A DNA stretch of 38,340 nucleotides, taken from NCBI GenBank assembly GCA_002633005.1, contig NMRA01001097.1:1-38340 (forward strand), written 5' to 3'. The notes beneath the pieces are model-generated. The model was given only the letters and a program-made list of their open reading frames with translations. It was not told where the DNA came from and made no database searches. The position numbers and the translations under genes were made by a program. The stretch comes from Phoronis australis. Lineage: Eukaryota; Animalia; Phoronida. How positions within the stretch are numbered: the stretch's first letter is position 1; the number at the start of each line of letters is the position of its first letter. Positions 35,171 to 38,340 of the stretch are shown piece by piece.

Positions 35171-38100
35171 TGTCGAAGAATATGTTATTCTTGGAACGAG
35201 TTTCTGAGAGTTTTGGGGTGCTGTCTTGACATGATTTTAATTAGTGTACACGTAACTTGCCCCACTTTCGACATCTTACTCCAGATACTGTTCAGGAAAA
35301 AATCATTTTGCAACTGAATAAAATTTGAAAATATTCAATGCAAATTGTGGCAATAAACTGATCTCGAAGGATTGGACAGTCCAGTCAAGTCGTCACTCTC
35401 ATTTGTTTCTGCAAATTACTCTGACTTTGTGGTAACTATCTTAGTATATAGTGGGCGTGTCTTCCATCTAGTTGTTAGAGACCTCGTGGTCAGTTCGGGT
35501 CTGGCTGTTGGCCAGAACGCATGTGTACTCATCGTTGCGCCAGTAAATATATGCATATAGTAAATGTAATCGTTTTAGCTGGTACATTCGGTCATCACAG
35601 ACTTGAACCCCAATTTTGATAAATTTGTCTGTGTTTTGTCAAGCTCCATGCGGATATCAAACAGGTTGTGTCCAATGTACATGAAGACCTGACGAGGGGA
35701 AGTAAGAATTTGATTCTTTTCTGGATATATACTTTACAAACTACTTGAAAAATATGGTTGAGTTATATTATTATAGCTTTGCAGAACTAACAAAACAATT
35801 CCCTAGCGGTCTAAAATGCTGCTACTTGGTGTATTGATTTCAGCTGACAAAGTTGGTTCGCCTTTTTTCGCAGTATCTAAGCAGGGGACAAGCGAAGAAG
35901 GTGCTACCAGTTTTGTTGTGGTTCACACGACGAAGTTGTCATTCAAGACTATGGCATGTGTAGATTGAAGATGACCATTATTACATTTTTATATAAGCTT
36001 GATCATGCAATTGGATACTGAAAACTTTAACGTACACTGATCAAATCTTTTGATCACCTACACTACAAAACGCGGATGACATGGACAGAAGCATTGCTTA
36101 TTGTTTGCTTTTGTTTTATCATTTGTTGACTATTTCTCCGAAATTCATTTTTCCAAGCAATTGTATTTTTAGACAGTGCTAAACATTTTGGTAATGGCAA
36201 AGGCAAAGGCAAAACTAATAATAACTCGTTTTATATCAGCAATTTGGGACCTGGCCAATATCCCATCAACTTGTCACGAAATTCAGGTTGCAAGAAATTA
36301 ACCAAATGCGCCAAATTAAGTGTTAGGACGTCAAGAAAATGCTGAGATTATGATTTTGTCTACGGCGTTAAGTAATCCCCAAATTTCAGGTCGCATAATT
36401 GAGTTCTTACTGTTTGGTGCAACTGCATTTTTCTCTACCGCCATTGAAATCCCTTGGAGCTTCGAGATAATATTCAATCCGAGCGGCTTCCCATTACCGT
36501 GTAACTCGAGTTTGCTCCTTGGGACCGGATACACTGTACGTGCCATACAATTTTGCAGAATATACATGTATGTTAGCCTAGCAAAGACAGTTACCCCAAC
36601 ATGCATGTCGGAGGGGTTACTTCTCCTTCGGAGACATCAACCGAATCCGGGACTTTGCTTTTAAATATTTATAAAAGAAGAGGTTCTTTTGGAAAACGAA
36701 TTTGTTCTTAAACACAATAAGTGTGTGACCGACTATAGACATCGTAGTTTCAAACCACGCGGTCCTTTACAGAATTCGATGTCTCCGTGGACCCCCACAC
36801 ACTTAATACACTGCGACTCAAAACATTGGTCCGGTTACCGCATATTAAACGCATCTTGCAGTGTTGAAAAAGAATTTCAGTGAGGGAAATTAATGGTGGG
36901 GCTTGCTAGAGCTGTTGGCGGTTTATTGAATTTTGTCAAAAGTCAAGAGTGGCGAATAGTAGACCAGTGGGCGCTTGTTACAAAATTTTTCAAAGTTAAA
37001 AAAGGCGCAAATTTAGTTTTGTTACCAAATGGTTGCGTACTAAAACATCAAAAGACTGCAATAGCAAGAAATGATGCAACGCCATCAATGCGCGAATGTG
37101 TGGATTTCGTTAACATCCACGTGTTTTCTGGCCACCCGCAAAATTCTTAACTCTTTTTGGCTGACGTTTCAGTCGGAACAATCTTTTTTCCCAAGCAAGT
37201 TTTAAAAATCAATGACATAGTCGACTGATGATCTGGGGAGTAAAAAACTGGCATGGTGTGTGCGAATAGAAGAATAAAAATGATTGCTCAAAACTTTATG
37301 TGTGCTTATTTAAAAATAAGTTACAATAGTTATATGTAGCAAATCAAAACTTTTTCCGCTGAAAAAGACGTCGTTTGCCTATTAGTGGACCTAGGGTTGT
37401 AATTTATCGGCTTTATGTCTTTGCGAAAAAACAGGACGCATGTTCAAACAGGCCGTTACTTAACATTACCGAATCACGATCCCTTGCCGGGACTCGACCG
37501 TGAGCACAAAGAATAAAACCAAGCAGTGTCGCAATGGGATCTATTATCTGCACGGGCGTCGCACCATAGTGGTTGGGGGGTGGCTGTACCCCCCACTGTT
37601 TTCAGTGCCCGTGGACTACGGGCAGTGCTCTATAGGGGGTTTGGGGGCTATAACCCTAACTTTCCTCAGTGCTGCTTAGCCCATGATCTGGGATATTATA
37701 ATTTCACAATCCGGACAATTTTCTCAAAAAAATTCATATGTTTTTTCCAAGACAAAGTGTGATAACTTTATCGTAAACGTCACTGTTTTGTGACGTTTTA
37801 TCACGTGGTCTGGCATATTCTTCGGCGCATCCGATTATTTGAAAAAGTAACCAAAGTACATTTCAACAAAAACTCTTTCAGGATTATTTCATTTTTTCGC
37901 GATACATGTATGTTTGCAACTGCTAGTCATTTATCGGGCTGTTCTCCGTTAGAGTTCTTTTGAACTTAATTTGGCAGCAACAAAATTATGTTCAGATCCT
38001 CATGAGTTGATTCATATTTGCCAGGTTTCAACCAATAGGTGTACATGTAAAAACTCAGTACGGTTATGTTGAAAATTCCAAGTCGCATATTGCGACTTGA

Positions 38101-38340
38101 TACGAGTGGCCAAAATCTCAGCTGGCGTGAAAAGTTGGGTCTGTACAGTACTACGTTAGTAACGTGTCGAATGAATTCAATACATTGGCGGATCTAGGAT
38201 ATCACAAGGGGGGCGACATTTTGTCTCGGCCATTCGCGAGCACGCACCCAGTGTTGACGTTCAAATGCATGTCTAATTATAGATTTCCAGATTGTCTTCT
38301 ATTAATAGATGGATTGATGTTCACATGATGCATTGCACTT

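Noticed and set aside
1-38340. Prokaryotic operon or defence system built from the ORF track
   Set aside because: ORFs are at most 150 aa, overlapping and sparse; real coding signal follows spliceosomal exon-intron structure and eukaryotic transposons.

Overview
AT-rich, intron-containing animal genomic DNA, most likely a marine invertebrate (inferred from the repeat types); it is not prokaryotic, and almost all ORFs in the supplied track are spurious. I reconstructed two spliced host genes on the + strand by hand. (1) The 3' part of a gene whose product ends in a death-effector domain (DED): exons 208-262, 4145-4256, 10876-11048 and 11347-11390, all phase-compatible GT-AG junctions. (2) The first two coding exons of a probable ankyrin-repeat protein (26800-26865 and 31910-31999). 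The 6.6-kb intron that splits the DED contains a heavily decayed Maverick/Polinton (adintovirus-like) protein-primed DNA polymerase B, a Penelope-like GIY-YIG relic and possibly a DIRS recombinase relic. Between the genes are a LINE relic, a complete non-autonomous Helentron (HINE/DINE-1-like) whose ~150/450-bp core repeats carry regularly spaced CTCF-like motifs, a tRNA-derived SINE and several minisatellites. TACATGTA is strongly over-represented, and in several places TACATGTA/TACAGTA/TACTGTA look like insertions at a TA, resembling Tc1/mariner excision footprints. Family assignments come from hand translation and remembered consensus motifs; no database search was run.
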